Positions 35,964 through 47,100 of a stretch of DNA of 64,000 nucleotides are shown here, in pieces. Source of the stretch: Azolla caroliniana (Eukaryota; Plantae; Polypodiophyta); contig JBHGNT010000017.1 of the NCBI GenBank assembly GCA_043228905.1, positions 8,804,001 to 8,868,000 of the forward strand. The letters are read 5' to 3'. Under the pieces are notes generated by a model that saw only the letters and a program-made list of their open reading frames with translations, made no database searches and was not told the DNA's origin. How positions within the stretch are numbered: position 1 is the stretch's first letter; every line of letters begins with the position of its first letter. The position numbers and the translations under genes were made by a program.

Positions 35964-37976
35964 CTATATGATTTCTTCGTCTTTTGGCATATTTTGGTCT
36001 CGTACTTCTGCCGCATTCTGTTCATTGGCCTCCTTGATCCATTGTGCCGCTTGTTTTCTGATTGCCTCCTGGGCTTCCCACTCGGCGGTCTTTCCCTTTG
36101 ATCGGGTTGTGACCTGCTGTACTTCTGTTATTTCGGTTGTAACCATGTTGACTTCCGGCTGCTTGTCATTGGTTTTGCTTGGGCATTGGTTACTATAGTG
36201 GCCTTCCTTACGGCAGTAATAACAGTACACCTTGTGACTGTTGCTCGTTTCTCCTTTGTCCCCGGTTTGGAGGGTGGGTATGCTTCGACGGTCGTCTTCG
36301 GTTTTTCAGTTATCCGGTACCGATACCGGGTTGTCATTCCTCGCTGCCTCCCGACGTTCCTCTCTTCGGAAAAATCCACGCTTCTGATTCCGTCGGAAAT
36401 TTCGGTTCCCTTGTCGCCTCTCTTCTCTACGTCGTTCGTATTCCGGGGATTCGTCTCGGTCGTGCCGGTCCCGGGGGTAGCTATCTCTGCGTTTCTCCTC
36501 TCGGTCATAGTTATCGCGTCTTCTATCAGCGTATCTGTTACCGCGTTCGCGTTGGTAGCGGTTGTCTCTCCGGAATCGATCCTCATCCGGGTTTTGATTG
36601 CGCGGTTCTATGTGTCGAACCGGTGCTGCCTGCCGATTTAACAGGTTATATTCGCATTGGTCCGTTGTATGGGCTCGAGAGTTGCAGATCATACATTGTG
36701 TCCACAGGGTGCAGTCTACTGTTGAGTGGCCCGAATTTAGGCATGTTGTGCATTGTAAGGCCTGTCGGAACCTCAGGTCTTCCTCCTTCGGGAGTGCCCG
36801 GTGTAACATCCCCATCGACAAGAAGGGGCTAGTCTTGTCCATTTCTAAAACCTGATCAATAACTTGGTCCATTGTGCTGGTGTGGAAATCAAGGACTCCG
36901 CACATTGTTCGAAGTGGCTCTTTCAGCGCGGCCAAAAAGACTGCTTTGGCTTCGTCTTCGGGTGGTGCTCTCATTAGTTGGCTGTGCAGGGTCTGAAACC
37001 GAATGATGAATTGTGGCACAGTCTCGTTCTCTTCCTGCCGGGTGGTGTAGAACTGCCCGACCAATTCCCTTTGCTCAACTTGTCTGTGAAAAAGCCTGAG
37101 GAATCTTGCCTTCAAGGCATCGAATGTGGCAAAGCTGCCCGGTAAGTGCTTTGCGTGCCATCGGGCCGCCGGTCCTTCTAAGGTTATGCCGAATTCGGCG
37201 ACTTTGGATCGTTCGGCTTCGGGCTCCGTCAGTCTTTGGGAGACATGGTTGGCTTCCCATGTTTGGAGGAATGCGTACACGTGTGCCTCCGCGTCGGGCT
37301 CATCCCGGTACTTTGGGTATGGGTACGGCATCGCGTCGTCCAACTGACTCTCCTACTTTCTCCGCTCTCTGTCCGCTATTGGCGTTGGTGTGAGAACCTT
37401 TGGTTCCTCCGCGGGTGTTGCCGGTGTCCGGTCCTTTGGTTCCTCCGCGGGTGTTGTCGGTATCCGCTCCTTCGGTTCCTCCGCGGGTGTTGTCGGTATC
37501 CGCTCCTTCGGTTCCTTCGCGGGTGTTGTCGGTATCCGGTCAGCCTCCCTCGGCGATTGCCGGTCACCGAATTCCAAGGTTATTTCTTCCTCTGGCTCCG
37601 GTGTTATTGAGTCTTCCGACCCCTCTTCCCCCCGGTCGTTTGGTGTGTCGTGGCTGCTTTTATACTGGGACGTAACGCTTCCGTCGCTTTCCGACTCCGC
37701 CTCAAGTGTTGCGAATGCTTCCAAGTCCCCGTCGCCCCCGGCGAGCGTCTGTAGTATCGTTTCCTCCTCTTGCAGGCTTGTTATGCTACTGCCTTCATCG
37801 GGGATTTGCAGAACCCGGAACTGCAGTGCTTCTTCTGCGACTCTCCGAAGAGTTTTGGAGAATGACCGATCCCGCCGGATCTCGTCGACGGCTTGTTGTA
37901 GGGCTTCCCGTCGTTGCTCGCGTTCGGTGTATCGTCTCCCTCGTTCGGTGATGTGGTCGTCGTTTGGTCTAGACAT
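35964..37976 (-). pseudogene. gag: gag with acidic N-terminal extension and three zinc knuckles
   Basis: YPKYRDEPDAEAHVYAFLQTWEAN…FGITLEGPAARW; CTTCLNSGHSTVDC, CMICNSRAHTTDQC, CYYCRKEGHYSNQC. Premature stops and a frameshift. Confidence 0.9.
37398..37537. repeat. 30-bp coding tandem repeat (PTTPAEEPKERI-like)
   Basis: cttcggttcctccgcgggtgttgtcggtatccg repeated 4-5 times. Confidence 0.9.
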
Positions 37977-38849
37977 CCATCCCCCGGTTGTCCTCTGCAC
38001 TTTGCAGGAATCGTGGTCGCCAAAATAGTGTTGTCTGCCTGGCCGGACTAGCCTCAACACAGGTGTCTATCCGACACTTCTCCAAAGGGGTGGTAAGGAT
38101 TGGATGCTAGGTTACACGCGTAAGATGATTACAATTAAGCACCGACAGTAAACAATACGAAGATACAGATAAACACGCAATAATTACTTTTGTATTACTT
38201 CCGTCCCACCCTTTACAATTCATCGGATCCTTTCATAGGCATCCGGCAAGGTTACAATCGGTGCGCTTAGGCAACCGACATCCGAATCGGTCCGGATCCG
38301 GATCGGTACAACTGTACCGGATCCGTCCCTCCGAATAATGATTCTACTATTATTTACTTCCTATTATCCCATCCGACTCCGCCTTCCCACTTGTCCTTGC
38401 TCTTCTGACCGGCCAACAGGCTTCACGGATGGAGACAAAGGTGTTCGATAGTGGTGCGGCTTTCGCACAAATTCGTAGCCAAAGCGGAGGGAAATCCGTC
38501 CAATTCCTAATTGTGCCGGCAGATCATGAAAGGAACAAGAGAGAGCTCTTGTCCCAAACAACGATGGATTTTTAGAGTGGACTGTTGCGAAGTGGGGAAG
38601 TGATAGTCCGAGAAGCCTTAATACCCCACACAGGAAGAAAACTCTCGAACCAAAACAAGTACGAATCGGTCCGGATGGGGCATCTACGTACACGGTAGTA
38701 ACTGCAGGAAAAAAGAAAGAATACCGAAAAGTAGAGGATATGATACCGGAAAGAAGAAGCAATGGTAAGTACGAAATACAATACCATGGAGAAGAAAGTG
38801 AAACCGGCCGCGGGACCGTTACTCGCTGATAGCGAGCAAAAGAGGAAAG

Positions 38850-39217
38850 TGCAGAACACAGAAAACTCTATTCCAAAACAATACTCTAAAACTGTGTACA
38901 TAGGAAGTGCTCAGAGAACACTTTTATACAAGTGCATACTGATTGACAAAAGTACTGACTCCCAAAATATATTCCTCCACGGAATATCTATCCAATGGAC
39001 TCTCCGTTTACTACAACCTCTCGTTGCACACCCGGTTTATGCACCTAATGTTGAGCTTGTATCTCAACACTCCCCCTCAAGCTCAACTTGAGGTTCCGTT
39101 TGCTCTTTCGGATCTTCGTTCCGGCTTCTCCTGGCTTCACACCTCGCTCACGCTCCTCGACCCTTTCAGTTGGCTTGTTTGCTTGTGCGACCTTTCTCAG
39201 CTCCCTTGCTGTCGCGG
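38850..39217 (-). mobile_element. Copia 3' LTR/PPT fragment related to the 12991-24536 family
   Basis: …cttgtatctcaaca-ctccccctcaagctcaacttgagg (39056-39093) matches 13423-13460. Confidence 0.8.
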
Positions 39218-39789
39218 TGTCGTGAAAAATCCGTCACTATGTGCGGATCATGAGGCGGAACTGCCAGGGTTATGAACTAGAAGGATTTAAAGCTCACCCG
39301 TACAACACAAGCAAGATTTACATATAAGACACATAGGTGAAAGAAAGCATTCGTTTATATGAAAATAATAGATTCTTTTATAATATAAGAATCGTGTTAC
39401 AACGGATTGGATATAAAAATGAGAGATAATTTTGAAAGAAAGGATTCGGCCACCATATAAAGAGTGGTTCAACATAAATATGAGAGATTGTTTGCTCAAA
39501 GAATCGAGAGAAGAGAAAAAAATGGAGAAAAAAAGAGAGTGGAATATATAAGGAGTTCTTTGTTGACCATGGCCCTTAATGTCCAGTTGCATACGTCCAC
39601 ACATGACCTTTACTTTAGTTGCATGCATCCACTTTTAGTTGCATGGTCTCTACTTTTAGTTGCATGTGTCCACTTTTAGTTCCATGCGACGTCCGTATAA
39701 TTCGGCCATATCATCCAATCATCCATAAATTTCGGCCCGTCCGTAATCCGTATGTGCGTCGTGACTAAACCATGCACGCCTCCATGATG

Positions 39790-42700
39790 TGGTGAGCTTG
39801 AACATGCCGTCGAACGGTTCTTCCATTTTCTGTGTTGTTCGCTCTGATACCAGATTGTAAAGAATAGCGCGGAATATTGCTCGACCACAACCAAGTCTTG
39901 AAACACTTCATTTAAGGATCAAACACAGAAATGAGAATAGAGATGAATACACGTACACCAAAAGAGAGCACACACGATGTTTACGTGGAAAACCCTAAAT
40001 GGGAAAAACCACGGGCAGCCACAGACTCTGAACTAACACTATATGAGAAAGGTACAGTTAGAGACTTGGAGGCAATGACCTCGAGCTCTGTTTCTTCGCC
40101 AAGCGACAGTTACAACTGAATTTCACTCTATATCACCTCTCTCTCTATCTCTACAACAGTTATGCACATACCACAATATGACAACATCTGTACACACTAA
40201 AGTGTTTTCTCTAAGTGATATTTATACTTATATTAACTTAGGGATATTTACAAATATAGCCTCAACAGGCTTACTCAAAACATATTCACAAATATGTGTT
40301 CTCTTCCAGCTCTCATTGGGTCCTCTTCATTCAACACCGGATCGCATATGGAGGGACCAATTTCCCAATAATCTCCCCCTTCACTCCGGCATGGGATGTC
40401 TCACCAGCCCGATCCGCTTTTGGCATGCATCCAGCTTGTCGTTTGTCAACACCTTGGTCAACATATTCGACCCGTTCTCTTCTGTGTGGATCTTCGTCAG
40501 CATGAACTCTTGCTCTTCTACTCTCTCCTAGATCCAGTGGTACCTCCGCTAGATATGTTTCGTCCGGGAATGGTAGGCTGCATTCTTTGCAAGTTGGATG
40601 ACACTTTGACTATCGCAGTAGCGCCAGTATTCCTCCTGTTGGATCCCTAGCTCTCCGATGAAGTCCTTCATCCAGATTATCTCCTTACCGGCTTCTATTG
40701 CTGCCATGTAATCCGCCTCCGTAGTCGACAACGCAACCGTCTTCTGTAGCCTTGACTGCCATGATACAACTCCCCCTTCATAAATCATGACATATCCGGA
40801 TGTAGACCGACTAGTATCCGCATCAGCCGACATATCCGAATTCGTGAATCCGTCAAGTTGGGGATTACTGGTGTTGAATAGGAAGCACATACTCGAGGTG
40901 CCTTTCAGATACCGGAGTATCCACTTGACTGTGTTCTAGTGCTTTGATACCAAATTGTAAAGAATAGTGCGGAATATTGCTCTTTTCTAGGATTGCTCAT
41001 GAACCGGCTTACCACTCTGCTTGTATATCCGATATCCGACCGGGTACATACCATCGCGTACATCAAGCTTCCGATGGCAGAGGCATATGGTATCTTCATC
41101 AGATCCATCTTCTTTGCCTTTGCCTTTGGGCTCTGCTTTTCGGACAACTTGCAATTTGCCAGAAGTGTCGATTCGATCGGTTTTGCCTCCGACATGTTCA
41201 ATCGTTGAAGCACCTTTGTCACGTACTTCTCCTGTGACAACCACAACAGCTTCTTCAACCGGTCCCGGATAATGTGCCAGACCCAAGTCTTTCATTGAGA
41301 AGGTCCGGTTCAGAGCCTTCTTTAGCATCCGAATCTTGCCTTGGTCTCGTCCGACGATCAACATATCATCCACATATAGGAGGAGTATCAAGAAATTTCC
41401 TCCGTCAAATTTCTTCACAAACACGCAGTGATCGGCCTGCGTTTTGAGTTGATGCATGTAAATCTCTTCTTTGAGGTTGCCATGTAGGAACGTCATCTTG
41501 ACGTCCAGTTGCTCTACCTTGAGGTCCATGCTTGCCGCTATTCCCAATACCATTCGGAGGGATGTCATCTTTACTACCGGGGCAAAGATCTCATCGAAAT
41601 CCACTCCTTTATTCTGCTGGTATGACCACAACCATGATCTTCGGCTGCTTAGGATGAGAAGCACCTTTGGTCCGGTGTCTGGTGGAATGACGCTTCGGAA
41701 TCGACAACCCATATTGTCTCGTCGTCGACAAGGTTTAACTAATTCTCTTCGGTAATGAGCATTAGTTCTTCTTCACTTGTCGCGATTGCGAACGTTCCCT
41801 TCCGATCCGGGGCTCTCCGGTCCGAAGTCTTCTTCGAATCGGCATTGTCGGTTTCCTTCACTTTCCGGAAATGCCGACAATTCTTCTGGAATTGTCTCGG
41901 CTTCCTGCAATAGAGAACGTGGGTCTCCCCCTTGACTTTGACCTCGTCCCCGATTTGTACTGGTTTTGGGGACTCCGATACCGGCCTCTTCCCTGGTTGT
42001 GGTCATCTTCCGTGATGAAGGCCTTCAGATCGGTTCTGGACTCCTGGTCCTTCCGGTGAGCTTCTTCATCTAGCAAGCTTGATTTTACCCTTGCTAGCGA
42101 CAACTGCTTTCCTTCCAGCCCAGCGTTGCCCAACGTGACAACCAACGTCTCCCAGCTATCCGGGAGGGAACTGAGCACGAGCAATGTGAGTATCTCATCG
42201 GCGAGAGGTACTTCCAACGAGGTTGCTTGGTGTATTAGCCCTTGGAAGGCATTCATGTGCTCCGTCATACTGGAGCCATCCTAGTACCGGAGCCTCACTA
42301 GCTTCTAGAATACCGAAACCCGATTCACAACATTCTTGTTTTGGAACATAATGTCGATCTTCTCCTAGAGTTCATGAGCCTTGCAATCTTCATTGAAGTT
42401 GTTATATAGGCTCATGTTGATGAAGCACCGGATGTATGTTGTGGTCTTCATGTGCATCACCTCCCACGATGTGGCGTCGATCTTATCCGGTCTCTTATCT
42501 CTGAACTGTACAGACAATGAAAGATCTTTAATCACCAGCATATCCCTCATCTTCGACTTCCACCATGAGTAGTTGGAGCTGGTGAGCTTGAACATGCCGC
42601 CGAACGGTTCTTCCATTTTCTGTGTTGTTCGCTCTGATACTAGATTGTAAAGAATAGCGCGGAATATTGCTCGGCCACAACCGATTCTTGAAACACTTCA

Positions 42701-43810
42701 TTTAAGGATCAAACACAGAAAGGAGAATAGAGATGAATACACGTACACCAAAAGAGAGTACACAGGATGTTTACGTTGTCGTGACGATTTTTGGCTACGG
42801 TGTGAAACCGAGTGAGACGAATTAACCAAGGATGTGCAACATTGCACATACCCTTAGCAAATAAGCCTCATAAGGCCTAGTGGCACTTGAGTTCATACAG
42901 AGGGGTGCAAGCAAGGTTTGAACCTTGCACTTCTAAGATACAAGATAATTGCCTTACCACTAGGACAACTATCATATAGTGTAGATTTTATGTAATTACT
43001 TTTCATATATGAATTATAGATGAAACAACCATTAGAAAACCATGTGCACAAAACCATGGTTCTAAACCCATGGTTTGTGCATGACATAAGCAAAACCGTG
43101 TGCACAAAACCATGGTTTTAGCCCATGGTTTTGTGCATGTCACAAGCATGGAAAGACCTATAAAAGCCTCTAGTTGGGCTTGTGTAAGGGGGGCTCAATA
43201 TGTGATATCACCAACACCATTATCATCAATATAATTATATTTGTCTTTATCTTCTTCATATTTTTCTACTTCTCAAGTGTACAATCTTTCTTCTTCTCAA
43301 GTAAACCAATTTCATCTAATCTTACATTGATCATCATCTCTTCGATAATTCTGCAAACATCCTCCCCAGTCCAAGACCTTGGTGGTTGCTCGAGTAGCAC
43401 ACTCACGCGCGAATCTTCGCGACAACGTGGAAAACCCTAAATGGGAGAAACCACGGGAGCCCACAGACTCCAAACTAATAGTATATGAGAAAGGTACAGC
43501 TAGAGACTCAAAGGCAACAACCTCGAGCTCTGTTTCTTCGCCAAGCGGCGGTTACAATAGAATATCACTCTGTATCACCTCTCACTATCTCTACAACAGT
43601 TATGCACATACCACAATATGACAACATTTGTACACACTAAAGTGTTTGCCCTAAGTCATATTTATACTTATATGAACTTAGGGATATTTACAAATATAGC
43701 CTCAATAGGCTTACTCAAAACATATTCACAAATATGTCTTCTCTTCTGGTTCTAACCGGGTCCTCTTCATTCATGACTGGATCCCATCTGGAGGGACTAA
43801 TTTCCCAGCA
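39790..43810 (-). mobile_element. Internally deleted Ty1/Copia in a tandem arrangement (LTRs 39856-40370 and 42646-43810)
   Basis: gag MEEPFGGMFKLTSSNYSWWKSKM (42616) is fused by deletion to RT (LLYVDDMLI) and RNase H (STTEADY). Met PBS at 42631-42642 and again at 39841-39852. PPT at 40371-40383. Confidence 0.9.
42777..43424 (+). mobile_element. Solo LTR (TGTCG…CGACA) inserted in a Copia LTR
   Basis: TSD ACGT at 42773-42776 and 43425-43428. The empty site gatgtttacgtggaaaaccc is seen in the sister LTR near 39977. Confidence 0.92.
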
Positions 43811-44119
43811 AAAACAAATTGTACACTACAGACAACCCATGCACCAAGCACCTAGATATGAATTAATGGGTTTGAGATCTGCTTATATAATGTGGGATAT
43901 GATGTTGTCCTATCTATGTGGGATATCTCACAGTTTTGTTTTCTTCATCTTCTTAACTTCATACTCACATAACTTGATACTTAGTAGTTCATTTCATATG
44001 TACAAAAATGCGTTTGAAAGCTCTTGAAGACGACCATCTTTTTGTACTAAGCCATTTAAGCTAATCTAAAACAATTATTTCACTATTTTTTTATATCGTG
44101 TGTGAAGAACCACACGACA
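43811..44119 (-). repeat. Partial 3' LTR of a Trp-PBS family element, with PPT at 44120-44131
   Basis: Ends …cacacgaca and is followed by ttcacccccacc. Confidence 0.65.
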
Positions 44120-44183
44120 TTCACCCCCACCAAACCTGCACATCCACCGGTATGTGCCAATTGTGGTGAGGTTCCTCTCTTGA

Positions 44184-47100
44184 TTATTCTTTTTCAACCT
44201 CGATGCTCGAGGCTACATCAGCTAGAGCTTCGATTTCAAGCTTTGGGGCCTCTCTTCTCTTAAAGATCTTGATTCTCTTTCCTGCAATTGGCAAAGTAAG
44301 TCGAGTTCCATCTAACTCTACTAAAAAATAGGTTGTATTGCTTTCAATTTTCTTGACCATATATGGGCCAAACCATCGTTTTGCAAACTTTCGAGTAGTG
44401 CTATATTGATTACCAAGGCTACTATCATAGACAAGTACCCAATCTCCTTCTTCAATTTTTCTTTGACGAAGACGATGTTTTTTGTCAAAATTCTCCTTGT
44501 TTCTCAATCGAGCCTAGTGCAACCATTCTATTACCAATTTGACATCTTCAGGCCTCCGTTCTAATTGTTGAATCCTTGTAGCTAGCAAGTCTTCTCGACT
44601 CATTTCTTCTTGCCATGGCAAAGATGTCCACGAAGCAACACTTTGCTCGATAGGCATTATTGGTTTTTGCCCTAATATGAGCTCGACCGGCATACATCCA
44701 ATAGTCGTGCTATGTGTAGTTCTATCAGCCCACAATGCATACGGTAGTAATCGTGGCCAGTCCCCCATCTTCCCATCGCAAGCCTTTGCTAGAGCTTTAA
44801 CAGTCGAACTATGTCCTCGTTCCACCTTCCCATTTGCGTCCAGGTTGTATGCCATGGTGAGTGATAATTTGCCACCTATCCTTGAAAAGAGCTCTCTAGC
44901 TTCATTTGCATCTAATTTTCCCCTTTCAGCTACTATTTTGCCGACACATCCGTATCGTCAAATAACATCTTCAAGGAGAAACATACAAACCGCCGAAGTT
45001 GTTTTATTCCTTAATGCCCAACCTTCTACTTGATTGGTGGGATCCTCTCTTGCTAGCACGAGATATTTCATTTGCCCCAATCTCATTGGCATAATCATTA
45101 TGTCTACCAACCACTTATAATGCATTGATAATGGATATGTTGGATGAAGTCCATCCCTATGTTGAACATTTGAGTACAATTGACATTGCACACATGTTTC
45201 TACATAGCTTGCTACATCTTTGTAAACACCCGGCCACCAATACTTCTCCTTTAGCTTTGCAAAAGTTGCCCATATACCTCAATGACCTGCCCACACACTA
45301 TCATGAAATTTAGCAATTAGGGTTTCTCGATCCTATTTCTTGCACACCACTCGAAGCGGAGTTCCATTCTTCATCTTTGGAAACTTCCATAGATGTCCTT
45401 CTTTGAGGAAGAACTTGTAGGCCTTCTACCTAATTCGGTAGAAGTCTTCCTTTGACCATGATTCATCCTTTGTAAGAGAGCTCAAGTACTTGCCAATTTC
45501 GATGAATTCACCCTCATAATCTTGTACTTTAAACACAACTAGCAGCCAAGCACAAGAAACCGTAAAGAAGTTTAGGCCAACATCCTCTTCCTCGGAGCAC
45601 AAATCTTCTTCACCCTCATACCTTTCCCTTGACAACATATCGGCCACCACATTATGCTTCCCATTTATATGTCAAATCTCGGGGTTGAGGGACTTGATAT
45701 AGGCAATTCGTCGTAGCATAGCAATATCCGGTGTAGCACAACCGGATATAATCCGAGAATAGGTAGACAATCGGTTTCAATTATGACCTTTGTTCCGATA
45801 AGGTAGTCACAATCGGTTTTAACCGTGGATACTATCCCCCATAGCTCTCTCTTTACTTGGGCATACTTTCTTTGTCTTTCGGTCAACACCTTTGCACCGA
45901 ATCGGATTGCATACCGATTTTTTCTTTGTCTTCTTGGTTTTTCACCCATCCAATTCCGGTTGGGCTCATATCCACTGTCACATATATCGGGGTACCTTTG
46001 GTGTAGTAAACTTTGTGTAGTGTTGGAGCTTCCAATAATAGTTTCTTTAACTTTTGAATCGTGTAGGTATGCTCATCTTCCCATTCGAACTTCTTCCTTT
46101 TCTTTAGTAGTCCATACAATGGTTCAACAATATGGGCATAGTGTGGAATCCATATGTGATAGAATGCACATGCTCCCAAGAAACTTCGTACCTCTGTTTG
46201 AGACACACATTCCTCTTTCATCTCTTGAATAGTGTTCACCTTGGATGGAGATGGCTTCCGGCCATAAGATCCAATAGTGTCCTACTACCAATATTTCTAG
46301 TTGACCGAATGCAAACTCCTCTCCCGAAAATGTGAGATTTGCATCCTCAAGCTTTTGCAACACCTTCTCACTATCCTTTATATGATCGATAACGAATCTT
46401 CGGCAACCATCTTCATCTTTCGATTCATCTTTCTCTTCCACCAAGCACCCTTTGATTGGAATGTCATCTAAGAAGGGCACTGTGATATCAGGGATACAAT
46501 CCTTCAACACTTTGTTCATGGCATTCACCATGTGGCCTACGAAGTTTGTCACACCTTGGGGTAAGCTACACATCCTTACCAACCCGATCGACGTCCTCAT
46601 TGTCATTATGTCTCTACTATAGACGATCAATTGAAACTAGTCATAGCACGAGTAGACATCACCAATGGAATAGATTGATCTTCCCGCGAAGGCCTCGGAA
46701 AATTCATCTACACTTGGACCGATTCCGGCATTTCAGATCGTCACCTTGTTGATGGGTTGAAGATCTTGGATAAAGCAAAAGGACCCATTCTTCTTTGGTG
46801 TCGTAAATCATCTATTGGAGTAGGGAGCATTGGACAACTCAAGAATTCTCATCCTAACCTTTTCCTTTAGAAGCTCAATCAACTTGGGATTGTGAGCTCT
46901 TGGAACCGGTATCGGCTTGAGGTTCCAAGGTACATGAGGCACCCTAAATATCATCATCGGCTTTATAATCTTCGGGTCGGCACATCCGATCTCTTGTGGA
47001 GAGAAGGTGAAGGCTTTCCCATGTCTCTCAAGCATTCCGCGGAACATTCGGTCCTCTTCAGGGAGGAGGAAATCCTCCCTTCCAACTCTTAGCTTTCCTT

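Larger units (their letters stand above)
28622..38418 (-). mobile_element. Full-length non-chromoviral Ty3/Gypsy with an extra 3' ORF and dual tRNA sites
   Basis: 390-bp LTRs 28622-29011 and 38029-38418 (about 7 differences seen). TSD GGCTT at 28617-28621 and 38419-38423. PBS TGGCGACCACGA at 38022-38011. Minus-strand TATAAAA in the left LTR. Order gag-PR-RT-RH-IN-ORF3. Confidence 0.97.
25830..38560 (+). mobile_element. Trp-PBS Gypsy (5' LTR 25830-26728, gag, protease), split by the 28622-38418 insertion and 3'-truncated
   Basis: TGTCG…CGACA LTR. PBS TGGTGAACCCGACGTGA at 26733-26749. Protease ALIDHGLEINLM…VILGQSFITA resumes after 38423 (RMETKVFDSGAAFA). The right end is approximate. Confidence 0.88.

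Noticed and set aside
28622-38418. Reading the element as plus-oriented (Tat-type PBS at 29014) with an inverted interior
   Set aside because: The LTR TATA box, gag-pol and a second PBS all agree on the minus strand, and the same layout recurs in independent copies, so a one-off inversion is unlikely.
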